A stretch of 62,526 nucleotides of DNA, the filler included, from Choristocarpus tenellus KU-1152 (Eukaryota > Protista > Phaeophyceae), in NCBI GenBank assembly GCA_964200185.2. It is 11 parts of 11 records of this genome, joined end to end, with 100 filler letters (N's around TTAATTAATTAA, not from the genome) between each part and the next. Parts side by side here need not be neighbours in the genome. Positions count along the whole stretch, not along the records: positions 35,950 to 39,981 come from CAXNAD020016579.1; positions 40,082 to 42,934 come from CAXNAD020024183.1; positions 43,035 to 50,647 come from CAXNAD020005873.1; 8 more parts are not named here. The stretch is one strand, 5' to 3'. Below the pieces are notes generated by a model. The model had not been told where the DNA came from, did no database searches, and worked only from the letters and a program-made list of their open reading frames with translations. The position numbers and the translations under genes are program-made. Numbering within the stretch: the stretch's first letter is position 1; each line of letters opens with the position of its first letter. Of this stretch, positions 36,201 through 48,700 are shown one piece after another.

Positions 36201-36417
36201 AACTCATTATCAGTAGGAAAATATTAATCTTATTATGAAGGAGAATATGATCAAACGTTCTAATCAAACCCCAACGTTGGGCGTTATGTTGCACGAGGTG
36301 AAAAGTTGTGTGAGGTTAGAGGTAAATATCGACCATATTTGGTGTTTAAATACATCTTAGTGGTGTAGACCTCTACTCTACCAATGTTCAAGGCCGTAGG
36401 CCGGTCAGGGAGAGAAC

Positions 36418-39400
36418 ATGGGGGATGAAATTTTCGGGGTGGGCACTGAGCCCGAAGTGTGTGGGTATGATTCATCCGCTGGGGAGGGCTTTTCTTACCA
36501 GCTCATACAGATTTGGGATGGGTTAGTTTGGCGTTGGCGAGACATCAGGGCAATCGAGATACCCACTCTCGAGGTGGGTCGAGTTCCACTTGTTGAACCC
36601 CTCATGCTGATTTCTCAATGATATTTCGTCCGTTATGCCCAAAGATTGCTCAGCTGAAGGTTAGGCAGATTGGACGTGCAAAGAGGAATACAGTGAAAGT
36701 GTTTCATTTCGAACGGGCATTGCTTAGCGCTCCAGCAACGCGTAGTCCGGCAGCATTGTGGCCTGGACTATGCAGATTCTGGGATATCATCCCTCGATAC
36801 AGATGAATCTATCTTTAGTTGTCGTTGATCTCTGCGTCCTCTTCGTCCTTGACACCCTCGTATCTGTTGGATTATTTCCTTCTTGTGTTGATGTAGGCTT
36901 ATTACCAGGCCCTGGAAGACGTTTACCGAAGCACTGTGGCCTCATTGTCTTCCTGGCTGACGTTGGTTGCGTTGATCTTCAGTCCATTCGTGCAACTGCT
37001 GGGGATTCTAGCGCGGGCGATCTGGCCTCCTGTCCGCACAATTGGTGTGACCGCCTGGCGTACCCAATGCGCACTTCCCAGGCACGTGATTGTGGGGGAG
37101 ATAGCCGCCATAGCTACTGTTCTTGTGCTAATTGCTTTACATCGTCTAATCGCCCGCCGGCGCTACATCCCAAGAACCTTGACCTATGTGCGCCTTCGAA
37201 GAGAGGCGGCTGGTCGAAGGTATCGTTCTTTCTCGGCTGGGGTCGAGAGAAAGTATCGTCTTTCCGCCAAGATCTTCCCCCATTTGGCCTATTGGGCAGT
37301 GACAATCTTGCTAATGTGGCTTCTACCAGTTGTCGCGATGTCTCTTTGTGAATGGTGCTGGGAAGTCGTGATGTTTTTCTGGCCAATCATGTATGCCTCC
37401 TACATGGTGCTTTGGGTGAGAGCAGAAGTGAGGAAGTCACAGTGCAGTGAGAAACACGCTCCTGGTCACACTAAGGAATGTAATGGGGATACTTTGTTAC
37501 TCAAAGGAAGCAGGAGTAGCGTCACCAACGACACCACCTACAATAACAACAGTCATGGTCGAGGGGGACGGGTAAAGAAACAGTTGGCAAATGTCGTAAA
37601 TGTACAAGTGCAGAGGGAGGTTGGCCCTGAGGACGTAGACAAGGTGCTAATGTATTGGGTGGTATTTGCGTCTTGCCAGTGCTCTCTCTATTTGGCAGTC
37701 TCTTTGCCTTTTGTTGGCACTGCGCTGCTTCGACGCCCCCCAGCGTGGTCTACTATCGCCTTCTTCTTTTTTGTCTGGATGCATCTGCCTGGACAAGGTA
37801 GCGGATTGGGGGTGGTGTATGCCATAATTGAGCCGCTGGTTCACAAGTACGTGAAAAATGTGCGCCCTCCTGGTGGACGCAGGGCCCAAGAACAGTCCAA
37901 GAGTGTTCTACACCTCTTTGTGATGATGCGCATTCTGAGGGAAACCCAAGCTCAGGCAAGTTGCTAGAATACATTGGTCCCTACTCCACAGAGTATCCCA
38001 ATCAAACCTGAAGGCCAGTAATTTCCTTTGTTGATTGAATGATCCCCCAAATGTTCTGTAAGCCTTGCATATCTAACTGATAGCTTGAGGTAGTCATCTT
38101 TCTTCCATACCAGGTGCTTGTACACCTGCATGTAGACATGTAATTTGCCCAACAATTTTAGTGCTCCTCTTGACAGTCCCCCATTATTTTGACATGGACT
38201 TATGTGTATTGACCGACTCATCTCATCGTAGACTTCCTTGATCCTTCTTTTATGCCAGAACCACTTGCATGTGGATTCTGAAGATACCACTTGACAAATA
38301 TATAGGTTGCTCAGGGGCAGTTCCTGAGTTGACACGACCCTGTCTGCAACACTTCTAGGCTTCAGTGCCACACCCTACTTTTGTCTCAACGATAGAAGCA
38401 CTGTGGTCTTTGGAGTACGGTGACTTATGATTACGATGGTGATTGATTGATTCAACCTCACTTGAGACCAAATTGTTGGCTCTCCATCACTTTTGTCTAT
38501 GGGCCAAGGACATTTTTTTTGCTGAAAAAAACTTCCGAGGCAATCAATGTTGTATGGTTCACCATGTGTTCTTGACAGATGTTCAAGAGGCACCTGCTAA
38601 TCATCCCCTCCCTTCCCACCTGATTGCAATGTTCCCTGCCTGCTTGGTGTTTCCCAGTCAATTATTGATAATGTAACCGACAGCTGGATGCTCGTGCCCA
38701 CTCTGTTCTTCATCTTCTCTCCAAAGTTTATTGCCTATGCTGGTTGCATCTACGCTGGTCTTGCTGTGCCTACTCTAAATTCAATCAAGGTGGAAAGTCA
38801 CTCTCCTTAGCTATCCTTTTGTGTGTGATAGTTGTATTCTTAGGATAAGTAACAATGTGTCCAACGGAATCCTTAACTTCTTGAACAAGGATATTGCTCT
38901 GCAGATGTTGCTGTGTATGCTGGCACTTTATTTTCTATGAGTATTATACTTGATCACATTTGAGAGTGTGACAGGAAGTTCAGTCCCTCTATCCACTGCT
39001 TATGACACATCCTAGAATGCCTTCCCCTAAAATTTATCACTGGTGAAATGCACCCGTTGCCAGTTTGTGCTTTGTGCAACGAATGTACAGCTCTACCCTC
39101 TATTGCAACATTCACCTTTTTGTTGTGTGAAATCATAGAATGTCCTTCTCTCCTCCCCCTCCCACCTTCTTCCCCACCCTCTTCCCCACCCTTTTGATTG
39201 TAACATCCCTCCCTGGCTCTGGTTTTGTTTGTGTGGTTTTGATTACAGGCTCTCACAAAAGGGGTAGATGCCAAGCTTTCTGGATCAGAAGCATTGTCTA
39301 CCCCAGCAGGTTTGGCCAAGGTTCGATGGCTGACCTATTGGCCAGCCTTTGGCATCTACTGGTATCTACATAGCACTACTGTTGGGCGTACAGTCCGAGC

Positions 39401-39629
39401 ATTGCTCCCACTGACTGCCCATGTCCAGCTTGTATTCCTATTGTGGATGCAAGTTCCCAGTTTCCGGGGTGCTTCCCGTTTGGTGGATGCAGTTGAGAAA
39501 TGGCTAGATCAACTCGTTGTGCCTCAACCACTGCCCCCCCCTGCTGATGTTGTTCTTGAGGATGTGGATGGGAGTGGACTAGGGAATAGGGAACAAGGCA
39601 CATGTGAGGTTGGATGTGATGATGGCTAG
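36418..39629 (+). CDS. Membrane protein with two TB2/DP1/HVA22 (REEP/Yop1-like) domains, about 575 aa, four exons
   Basis: Exons 36418-36573, 36897-37955, 38658-38789 and 39249-39629, all phase 0; domain motifs DKVLMYWVVFA...FFVWMHLP..GLGVVYAIIEPL and YAGLAVPTLNSIKAL...RWLTYW...FLLWMQVPSFRGA. Intron 2 uses a GC donor. The choice of exon 1 is the least certain part. Confidence 0.8.
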
Positions 39630-39981
39630 AGGTGGCAATGCTTTTGTTCTTGAGGATGAGGCTGGGAGTGGACTAGGGAATAGGGAACAAGGTACACATG
39701 GGTTTGGATGTGATAATGGCTAGAGGTGGCAATGCTGTTGTTCTTGAGGATGAGGCTGGCAGTGGACTAGGGTATAGGGAACAAGGCACACATGGGTTTG
39801 GATGTGATGATGGCTAGAGGTGACAATGCTATTGTTCTTGAGGATGAGGCTTGGAGTGGACTAGGGAATAGGGAACAAGGTACGCATGGGTTTGGATGTG
39901 ATGATGGCTAGAGGTGACAATGCTATTGTTCTTGAGGATGAGGCTTGGAGTGGACTAGGGAATAGGGAACAAGGTACACAT
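39545..39981 (+). repeat. 94-bp minisatellite (at least 4.6 units) overlapping the stop codon of the HVA22-like gene
   Basis: ATGGCTAG ends at 39629, 39723, 39817 and 39911; the array runs into the contig end. Confidence 0.95.
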
Positions 39982-40081
39982 NNNNNNNNNNNNNNNNNNN
40001 NNNNNNNNNNNNNNNNNNNNNNNNNTTAATTAATTAANNNNNNNNNNNNNNNNNNNNNNNNNNNNNNNNNNNNNNNNNNNN

Positions 40082-40135
40082 TTGGGTTTTTGTCCCCAAA
40101 AGGACGCGGCTCTACCCTCTAAGATACTTTGACTC
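40082..40135. mobile_element. MITE family A terminus at the contig start
   Basis: GGACGCGGCTCTACCCTCTAAGATACTTTGACTC. Confidence 0.8.
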
Positions 40136-42394
40136 AACAATCTCTGCAAGTGCTGCAGAGTACAGCTGAGTGCCTGCTACTTCTCCAAGCAACAAATTTT
40201 AAATAGCTAGGTATGTCCTGATGACAAACACTTACTCATTGTAGTACCACTAGATCAAGTATACAAAAACTGTAGTTGTGGGGGGAAAAGAGATACCGCA
40301 CACACAATATACCGTGGCATGTTTGGCAACAGAGCATTGTTATTTGGATATAATATGGTCCATGCTTGTCAGCAACATGTGCTTTATTATGCCCTCTGAT
40401 ATTTTGCAGATGTGTCCGGGTGTATCATTGCATGTACATACTCTTTAAGGTGCTGTGTTGTATCTTGTGTGTGTGTGCATTTAGTTAGACACTTGAAAGT
40501 TTTACAGACTGGTTGAAAAGTTCTCACTTCGGTGTGTGCATCAAATACTACACTTGTCCCCCAACTTTCTATATTCCATCTCTAAGTTAAAGCCATTCTT
40601 TCTTTTTTATTTTGTTCCTCCTCCCTTTTGTTTTATGTTCCCTCTCGCTTTTTCTCAGTCAGTATGCACTGTCTTCTTTACACTATCCCTTCGACCAATG
40701 GCCTAGGCTCCTTCACTCTATTACTATAATAATACTGCTGTGTTTTGTCTGACAAAAAAGAAATAATCGCATAACCGTCTTTTTTGTCGGAAAATCACAC
40801 AGTACCCCCTGGTCTATATATGTTACATACACATTCATACAACATACTACATATTATATTATCACTACCAACTTCGTTCATTCAGAACAAGATATCAATG
40901 GGTAGGTGTAAGGTTTAAGAACCTGTTGGAGACCATATTAAATTTTCTATGTGGAGTTAAAACCAATTGAGAGGTAGGCAGGTTTGGACCCTTTTGCATT
41001 CTAAGCATCCTTCTTATTAATCATCTGTACAATACACTCAATTTCATTGCTTCATGTGCAAAATAGTGTGTGCAGAATCGATATTCCCCCTTTCCGCACA
41101 CAAAAGTGATACCACAAATCAGTAAAGGCTCTCTCTGCAATTATACAAAACGGCATATTTTTTGCCCTTTCTCAAGATCCTTAAAATGCCACCCTGCCTA
41201 CCCCTCGGTTGGTTTGACTTTGTACTCTAAAAAGTCATTTTAGTGTGGGAGGTAAGAATGATCCTTAAAAAATAATAAAATAATGTTTTTGAAGGCGTAG
41301 TTAGCAACGAACGGTGATAGGTGGGCACACTTTTTTTCCAAGTTGTGAACATTTCGAGGGATGGATAAAATCGTTTATTTCATTGGCCGGGTGTGCCCAT
41401 CCTCACGTTTGGTAGTGTGTTTTTGTTGGGAGTGTCACCTGTCGTCACTGTTGTTCTTCTGAATTGTGTTAATATGTTGCACTATGCTACTACTACTGAT
41501 GTGGCCGTCTTTCATATTTTGCCGAGAGGGGGAGGAGTTTATGGCAAACATGTAACAGAAACTCCCTTTCCTTTTTGGAGTGCCCAGCAACACTGTTATT
41601 CAGAGTTACCGACTTCCCCCTCCCACTGAGCAGATCGCAATTGTATCTTTTTCAAGCATGTTGTGCAGTATCCGTTATTTGCTTGTTGGGTTGCCTAGGT
41701 TGGACTTGAACTGAATCGCAGCATCTGCATGACGTTGAAATTAGGTGTTTCAATAGCTGTTGCTTTTGACCCTGAAAAAATTCTCCCATAGATATACTAA
41801 CAAGAAGAGTCCCTAAATGTGGTAATATGGTGCTGGACTCTACTGTGCTACCTAAATGATCAATACATTAATATATTCCAAGTATATGATCACTCAACAG
41901 CCAAGTACACCATCCCTCGACTTAAGGAATGCACACTCTGACTGGAAATCATTGTTCTAGAGACCTTGTGATTATGCATCACTAGTAGATCAAGAGATCC
42001 CACTCAATAATGCATAGCAATCAAAGCTTTGTTCAAGCAAGGCTACCCTGAGACACTCATACTAGGAGGCTTAAAACCATTGGGGTTATAAAAAGAAAGT
42101 GGTGAAGCTCACCTCATTGCATCTACAACATTTCATGTATGGGGTAAATAAATATATAATATGTCTGCAAAACTGTTTGTTGACTTCAACATCCAAATAT
42201 CAAATACAAATATGTTGGCCAGCAAATAGTTAATGAGAAATCTTCTTTGCACCAAATGCAAGCACTTTCCCCCCCTCCCCATTGGAGGATACAAATAAGG
42301 TAGTCAAAGCAACGCCAACTCTGTGCGGTCCCTACTCAATTCAATTGGATATCATTGGCACCACGGCTCTAGAGTCTCACACAACATTGCCATA

Positions 42395-42762
42395 CTACAT
42401 CCAAGGTATCTTCAGGAAGGCGTACCTGTCCTGCAAGCTAAAAATAAACAAATGGGAGCACGCTTCCGGAATGACAATCCACAACTTGCCCACATTTTCG
42501 AGCCTCAACGTTTAAAGCAGAAAGCCAAGGTCACCTAAGCGCAGAATTGCACACAAAATAGCCCAACCATTGCAACAATAAGCTAAGCCCCAACCAAATC
42601 AACTCCAGTACGCCAAAAAAATATACTATTACCTATGCTGTATCATCCCTAACGGTGTTAAGACCCTCGCTCTGAAGACAGAGCATTATTCCAACCACTA
42701 TGTGCACCAAAACTTGCCTGCCCTATCCCCCATGAGTGCCGCTCAGCGCTCTTCTCTCTCCA
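42395..42762 (-). CDS. Last two exons of an unidentified gene (WREKSAERHSWGIGQ + DRYAFLKIPWM*)
   Basis: Exon 42762-42718 (acceptor TCTATAG|, donor CAG|GCAAGT) and exon 42430-42395 (TTTTTAGCTTGCAG| ... TAG), phase 0. Confidence 0.55.
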
Positions 42763-42846
42763 CTATAGACACCAAACACCACGTGCAACAAAAGACACCA
42801 CACACAACAAAAAATATTCAGGACATGAGGTAATGATCCTCCCTTC

Positions 42847-42898
<52 letters not shown>

Positions 42899-45174
42899 AA
42901 AATAACCAAAACTTTACTCCCCCACACCTATCATNNNNNNNNNNNNNNNNNNNNNNNNNNNNNNNNNNNNNNNNNNNNTTAATTAATTAANNNNNNNNNN
43001 NNNNNNNNNNNNNNNNNNNNNNNNNNNNNNNNNNCGGATATGTCAGAGATTGTTAGACCCTGTCTGACGTGGACAGGGACTGGCAGAATACCAACTGTAT
43101 ATGGTACAAACAAGTTAGAGAATGTTAAATGCGGTCTGGTAGTCGGACATGTGACCTGTCCAGTACCTAGTGGACAGGTCGGAACATGTCAGATAATTGT
43201 GCGACTGGTCTGACCAGCAGATGGGACATTTTTTTTATTTGCTAGCCCCATGAAACAACCTGTTGCTAACGTTTTGAGGTTCTACTTTTTGTTACATGTT
43301 GTAAGATGATGTGGTGGGTTTAAGGTAACTGTATTTTTTGTGATGGTGGGGTTTTTTTTTTCTGTTCCCAACGGCAGGAGAAACCATGACTCTCCTGTAG
43401 GCGATGAGTTCTCCTGTGCCCGTACCACTACCTCAAATATGTTCCTTTTCTGCTTTTTCACCATCTCGGATAGTGGTGTCACTTTCATTCAGTATACTGT
43501 ACAGAGGACACGGTGCCGCATTTGGCACATTATTTTAGGTATCTCGTTTGTAGCGTGTGTGTGTGTGTGTGTTGTGCAGAGCGTATGAATTTCCCCCCTT
43601 GGCCACAAAATGAACTTGTGTTTGTTCTATGCTTTTTGGTCCAAGAAAGAAGTGATTTTGTCCTGTGTCAGTGGTGATATATGTCCTACAGCTACATTAC
43701 TAACCTCACAATAACAATTTTTTTTGAGGACATGTCATGATCTATAGTGCGTTCCATCGTTTAATTAATACTAAATCCCATCTAGCCGTGTGCATGTTTT
43801 TAGGCTTGTGCACATGTGTCGTGGTGAGTAGTAAAAGAGTAAGTGCACTTACAGTGCTTCGCATCAAGTACAGAGCAGACACCACATTCTTTTTTTTTTG
43901 TTACTAATAACTATGAAGTAGGACGTAGCGTTCTTTTCGTATATGCCTGCCTATGACCTCTCACATGCCTTGTCCAACCGTCCCTTTGCGTGTCGATCGA
44001 TTTTTGTTTGGCGTTCGCCCCACAGCCTATTCCTGTACATCCTGAGGATCCTAGCGTCAGGTGATGAGTAGTGACCGTGGATAGTTTACAATATTTCGCA
44101 GTTGCAGACGCAGCTTGCGCGTGTTTCAACGAAGACCTCGAGCATGTCTTCAGATTTTTTTTACAGAGATGTTGGCGGTGTGAAGGGAACACTACCGAAT
44201 GAGAATTGAATACTTGCAGGTACATTTTATGTGGTGCAGTGAATATACAAGTACATACATATAGTGAGCGTGAGTTGCCTTTGGTTGACATGGGTGATAA
44301 CAAGGGCCAGAACACAAGTGGCTGCACGTGTGAGGTGGACATAATTTCTTAGGTAAGATCGATTTCTTTCCCATTTTGGTTAGATGGCGCAACTACCTGT
44401 TACCTATGCTGGAGTACTATGATACACCCTTCTAACACTAGTTCTTCTTGTGACTTTACTTTGGTGAGAGGTTGGTCCTCTTTGGGGGAGGGGGGGGAAT
44501 TGGATTTCGGATACTGTCTTGTACGTGAATGCTGTGAATGAGGTGGGAGAGGATTCCGTGCAGTATAAAAGGGCAGAATGTACAACACAGACTGAATCCC
44601 TTGTTGGTTACAATTTGCCCTCACCAATAGGATCAGTTGTCGCGAAATATCTCCTGACTGCGAATTCATTTTGTTTGCTTTCCTATGCCATAGGTTTTTA
44701 GAGCTCCATTTGTGATGTCCGATTGCCTCTGTTACACAATCTAATGTGTGTTTGTTTAACATTACCACATAATGTGACTTGTCGAAGGCATGGTAGCAAG
44801 TCTTGGTGGTGTGAACCGGCCAATGTATATATATTGGCATGTACGTATGTGTGCCCACGTTTGGTTTTGTCCACTGTGTCCAAGGTTTTTGAACCAGCTG
44901 TAAAGATAATAAATATTTTCGATATATTTTGTTTTGTTGTGGTCATCAGTGGGGAAATAATTTTTATTTTATCTTGTTTTTCTTCTGTTATGTGTTGGTG
45001 TGTATTGCGCTTATTATCATTGTGTTGTGTTTCCAATTAATGTATGGCGCGTGCACCATCAAGGTTTACAACCTTACTCATAGTCTTGTACAAATCGTGG
45101 AATTGTGGTCATTCAGACATCCTCCCGGATGACGAATTGTTGCATTGTTTGTTGAAGTATCCCCCGGCTCATAG

Positions 45175-45770
45175 AGCAGTAGCCTGACTTTCTAAGATCC
45201 AGCAGCATATCATTGCACAATCCACTGCAGAGGCTGAGTACATAGCCATGGGGGAGTGTGTGAAGGAGTTGTTTTTGAGGGGTGTGTTGGAATTTGTTCG
45301 ACCTGATGTTTCTGGATCTTGTTATGTGGTGTTTGAGGACAACACAGGGGCCATCCATTTGACAAATAACCCTTTGGGTTCCAACGAAAAACAAACCACT
45401 AGACATGACCAGGCCCGATGTGCCTAATGCAGTGAGAGCTGTAGCCCGTTACTCACATGCTCTAAGTCGTGTCCACGGGAGAGCTGTGACCCAGATCCTC
45501 AAGTACCTCAAAGGAACGCGGGAGTTGGGCTTAACCTACGAGAAAGGAGCAGGACTGACACCAGTGGCCTATGCTGATGCACACTTCGTCAATGAGACTT
45601 TTGACAGGCGTTCTGTATCAGGGGGAGCAGTAGACTGGCTTTCTAAGACCCAGCGTATCATTGCACAGTCCCTTTGTAGCACATGGCAAATACAGATCAT
45701 AATGTTAACTCAGACGAGCAGCATGCAGATGTGCTGACCAAGCCTCTAGCAGAGGAATCTTTGTTACTGA
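45175..45770 (+). mobile_element. Two rearranged Ty1/copia RT-end/RNase H fragments
   Basis: IIAQSTAEAEYIA...FEDNTGAI followed by TRPDVPNAV...ILKYLKGT...ADVLTKPL; paralog of 25990-26643. Confidence 0.85.
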
Positions 45771-48700
45771 CCCACATCAACGCCCCAACTGCCTCACGAA
45801 AAGGGCAATCCTCTGATGGGGTATCTCCCTCCCTAATGCCCAGCTTTCTAGAAGGAACAGCAGGGATGAGACTTGTTGCTTGGGTGTAAAAACATTCACA
45901 CGAACTGTCATGTAGTTAGTCTGGGTAATGGAGAGGGTACCACGATTCCAATCTCTTATGTAAGTGTAACCAGAAAACTGAGATACTAAGCCAAGGTTTT
46001 TGGTGGAGAACTGTTCATTCAGGGAGGCACAATGTTCATTGCAATCATCACCAGACGCCAAAACCATCATGTCATCCACATGAACTGCAAGGTTTATCCT
46101 GACAACACCATCCTTCCTGAGTCTAAATATGCACGGGTCAATCAGACACTACGCAAAACCATTACACTTTAGGGTGGAAACCAGCTTATTGTTCCAAGTC
46201 CTTGAAGCTTGCTTTAAACTATACAGAGACCTGTATATGGTTGTATAGGAGAGATCTCCACATCCCCTTCGGAGGCGCATGTACACCTCCTCATTCAAGT
46301 GAGATTGAACAAAGACTGACTCTACATCTAGATGCCGCATCCTCAGGTCCATCTCACAAGTCATACTGGCATTAGCCTAACCAATGAGGCGGAAGGTGTG
46401 ATAGGGGTAGAGGTTTCAAAGTAATCAACGCCATACTCCTGGACAAAACCCTGAGCAAATAGCCTAGCCTTAGCCCCATTGAACATCCCAAAACAGTCAC
46501 CCTTCCATTTAAACACCCACTTGGAACCAATAGCCTTGCGCTCCGAGGGTACATCAGCAACACTGAAGGTACCCGTGTCCTAACAAACGATCCAACTCCT
46601 TGGACATAGCTTCTTACCATACTGACCAGTATTCAGACTTTCGATCCTCAGCATAAGACTGCGGGGCTGGACCTAACTCAGAAACAAGACAACCATGAAG
46701 GGGGGTACACATCAACACAGACTTGGGCGTCGGCTGTACAGTCAGGGCATAAGCAACATGTTTCCTCTCTACACTAGCAATAAGAGACGTCACATTACCA
46801 AGACCTGCACTCCCTTCAACTCTGGCACACGTTTCCTGTCAGTCCTACCCAACTCAACGCAAGGTTCACAGACTGGATTGGGAAGAAAGTCTTCCAGCGG
46901 GCAAGCTGCAGTACGAGCAGCTGTTGGGTCAGCACCTGCCTGAGGCAAGTGCTGTGAACTCAAGGATGAGACATATCCTACACTCCTTTCACCATCTCGG
47001 GTAGTGTCTCTGGACAAATTCATGTCAACCTGACCGTCCTCCCCATCATCAGGGGAAGGGTCAACAGCCAGATCCTTGACAATCTGACCCACACTCCCTT
47101 CACTAAGGGGAGGATCATTAGTCAAAGCGTCTCCTTTGTTGCCATAGGATGGCCTCTCATCTAGAACAAACCTGTCCTCACTTCCGTTGCTACAGGAAGA
47201 GTCGTCAGAGAGGGATGAAGTGGAGGAGCGAGATTAACAAATGGACTGCAAATCTAATGGTTGGCCACGTGCTTCAGGATGGGAAAACTTGTCCTCAGAA
47301 TGAGGGTCTGCATCAAGTTTCCCCCCCCCCCCTTTCGCAAAGCAGGGGCAACCTCTCCTACTAGGGCAAGACTGGGGTCATTAGTGGACAGCCAGGTCAG
47401 GTTATGTGCAGTAACAATGGCACCGGCCAGAGTAAGAACAAGGTACGCATCATGGGAGTGATTGATCCGTGGCCCCACGAATAAAACACCGTTGACCCTT
47501 TTAGAAAGTCTTACGGGTCTTACTGATACGGCAAAAACCAGGTTGGAGAAATTGGTAGGTCAACAGGGATGCAGGGGTACCATACCACATTTCATACGGT
47601 AATTTACAACCAAGATTAGCCGTGGTCGATGTACAATTGAGCGAGTCACGGACATAGTGTTGAGCTTCAGCCTATGGAGAGTCTGTCTTGGGGATATTGA
47701 CATGAGGAAAAGTAGTGGAGCTTAAAGGTGGGCAGCTAATGAAGCTTCATCAATGATACCATGCATGCATTCAGCAACTCCATTAAATTTAGGGCTATCT
47801 GCAGGTGTGAACTCCTGCTTAATCCCACATTCACGGCAAAGAGCACCGAAAGCACCCCTATAAAACTCTCCCCCTTTATCAGACCATACACACATGACCC
47901 AAGAGGGAGTACTGTCAGCCTGGATATGGACCAGGTACTTCTTGAAGGCTTAAGCAGCATCCGACTTAAGACGAAGGAAATACAACCAAACAAAACGAGA
48001 AAGGTCATCCCAGATTAGCATGTTTTAGTGCTTACCACCACGTGAAAGGGTAGCCCTCTTGCTGCTTAGATCGACAAAAACCCGCCCCAGTTTCCTTACC
48101 GCACGTGAAGACGAGCTGGATGGAATCCCTTTCCGTATGCCTTTACTCATGGAGCAGCCAGCACATGCCTCCAACTCCCCCACTAATGTAAAGTGGACTT
48201 GAGCAAAGCCTCGTGAACTTGGCCATAAGAGTGATGGAAATTGTTTATATCCACCTCAGTGTGGGGGCCAGAGTTGTTTGGGTGTGTGCACAATGGGGCG
48301 ATGGTAGCTTTAAGACCTGTGTCAGCAATTTTAGGCGATCACAGCGAATACATTGACCTTGCAGGGTGTAGTGATAACCAGGAATTCTCTTGAAAACGAG
48401 TTTGCCATCTAAAAGTGAGAACGTACTAGCTGTGCCATTACATTTTGCACCCATCTCCTGCAGCTTGGTAAGAAAAGAGGTTAAATCTAAGATTTGGGAC
48501 ATGAGACATTCTGAAGTAGTATCTCCAAATCCTTATTGTCACGCGAGGGAAACAACATAGTTCGATCCCCATGACCTGCAATATGGAAGGAATTCTGACT
48601 AGCAGTAATTATCCTTTGATCGACTACACAAGGCTTGTAGTTGGTCATGCAAGTTTTCATGTTTGTCATGTGGCATGAGGCCGTGTTATCTCAAACCCAC

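Noticed and set aside
42848-42902. Run of about 40 C followed by a poly-A run
   Set aside because: Close to a contig end and typical of low-quality or two-colour-chemistry homopolymer artefacts; length unreliable.
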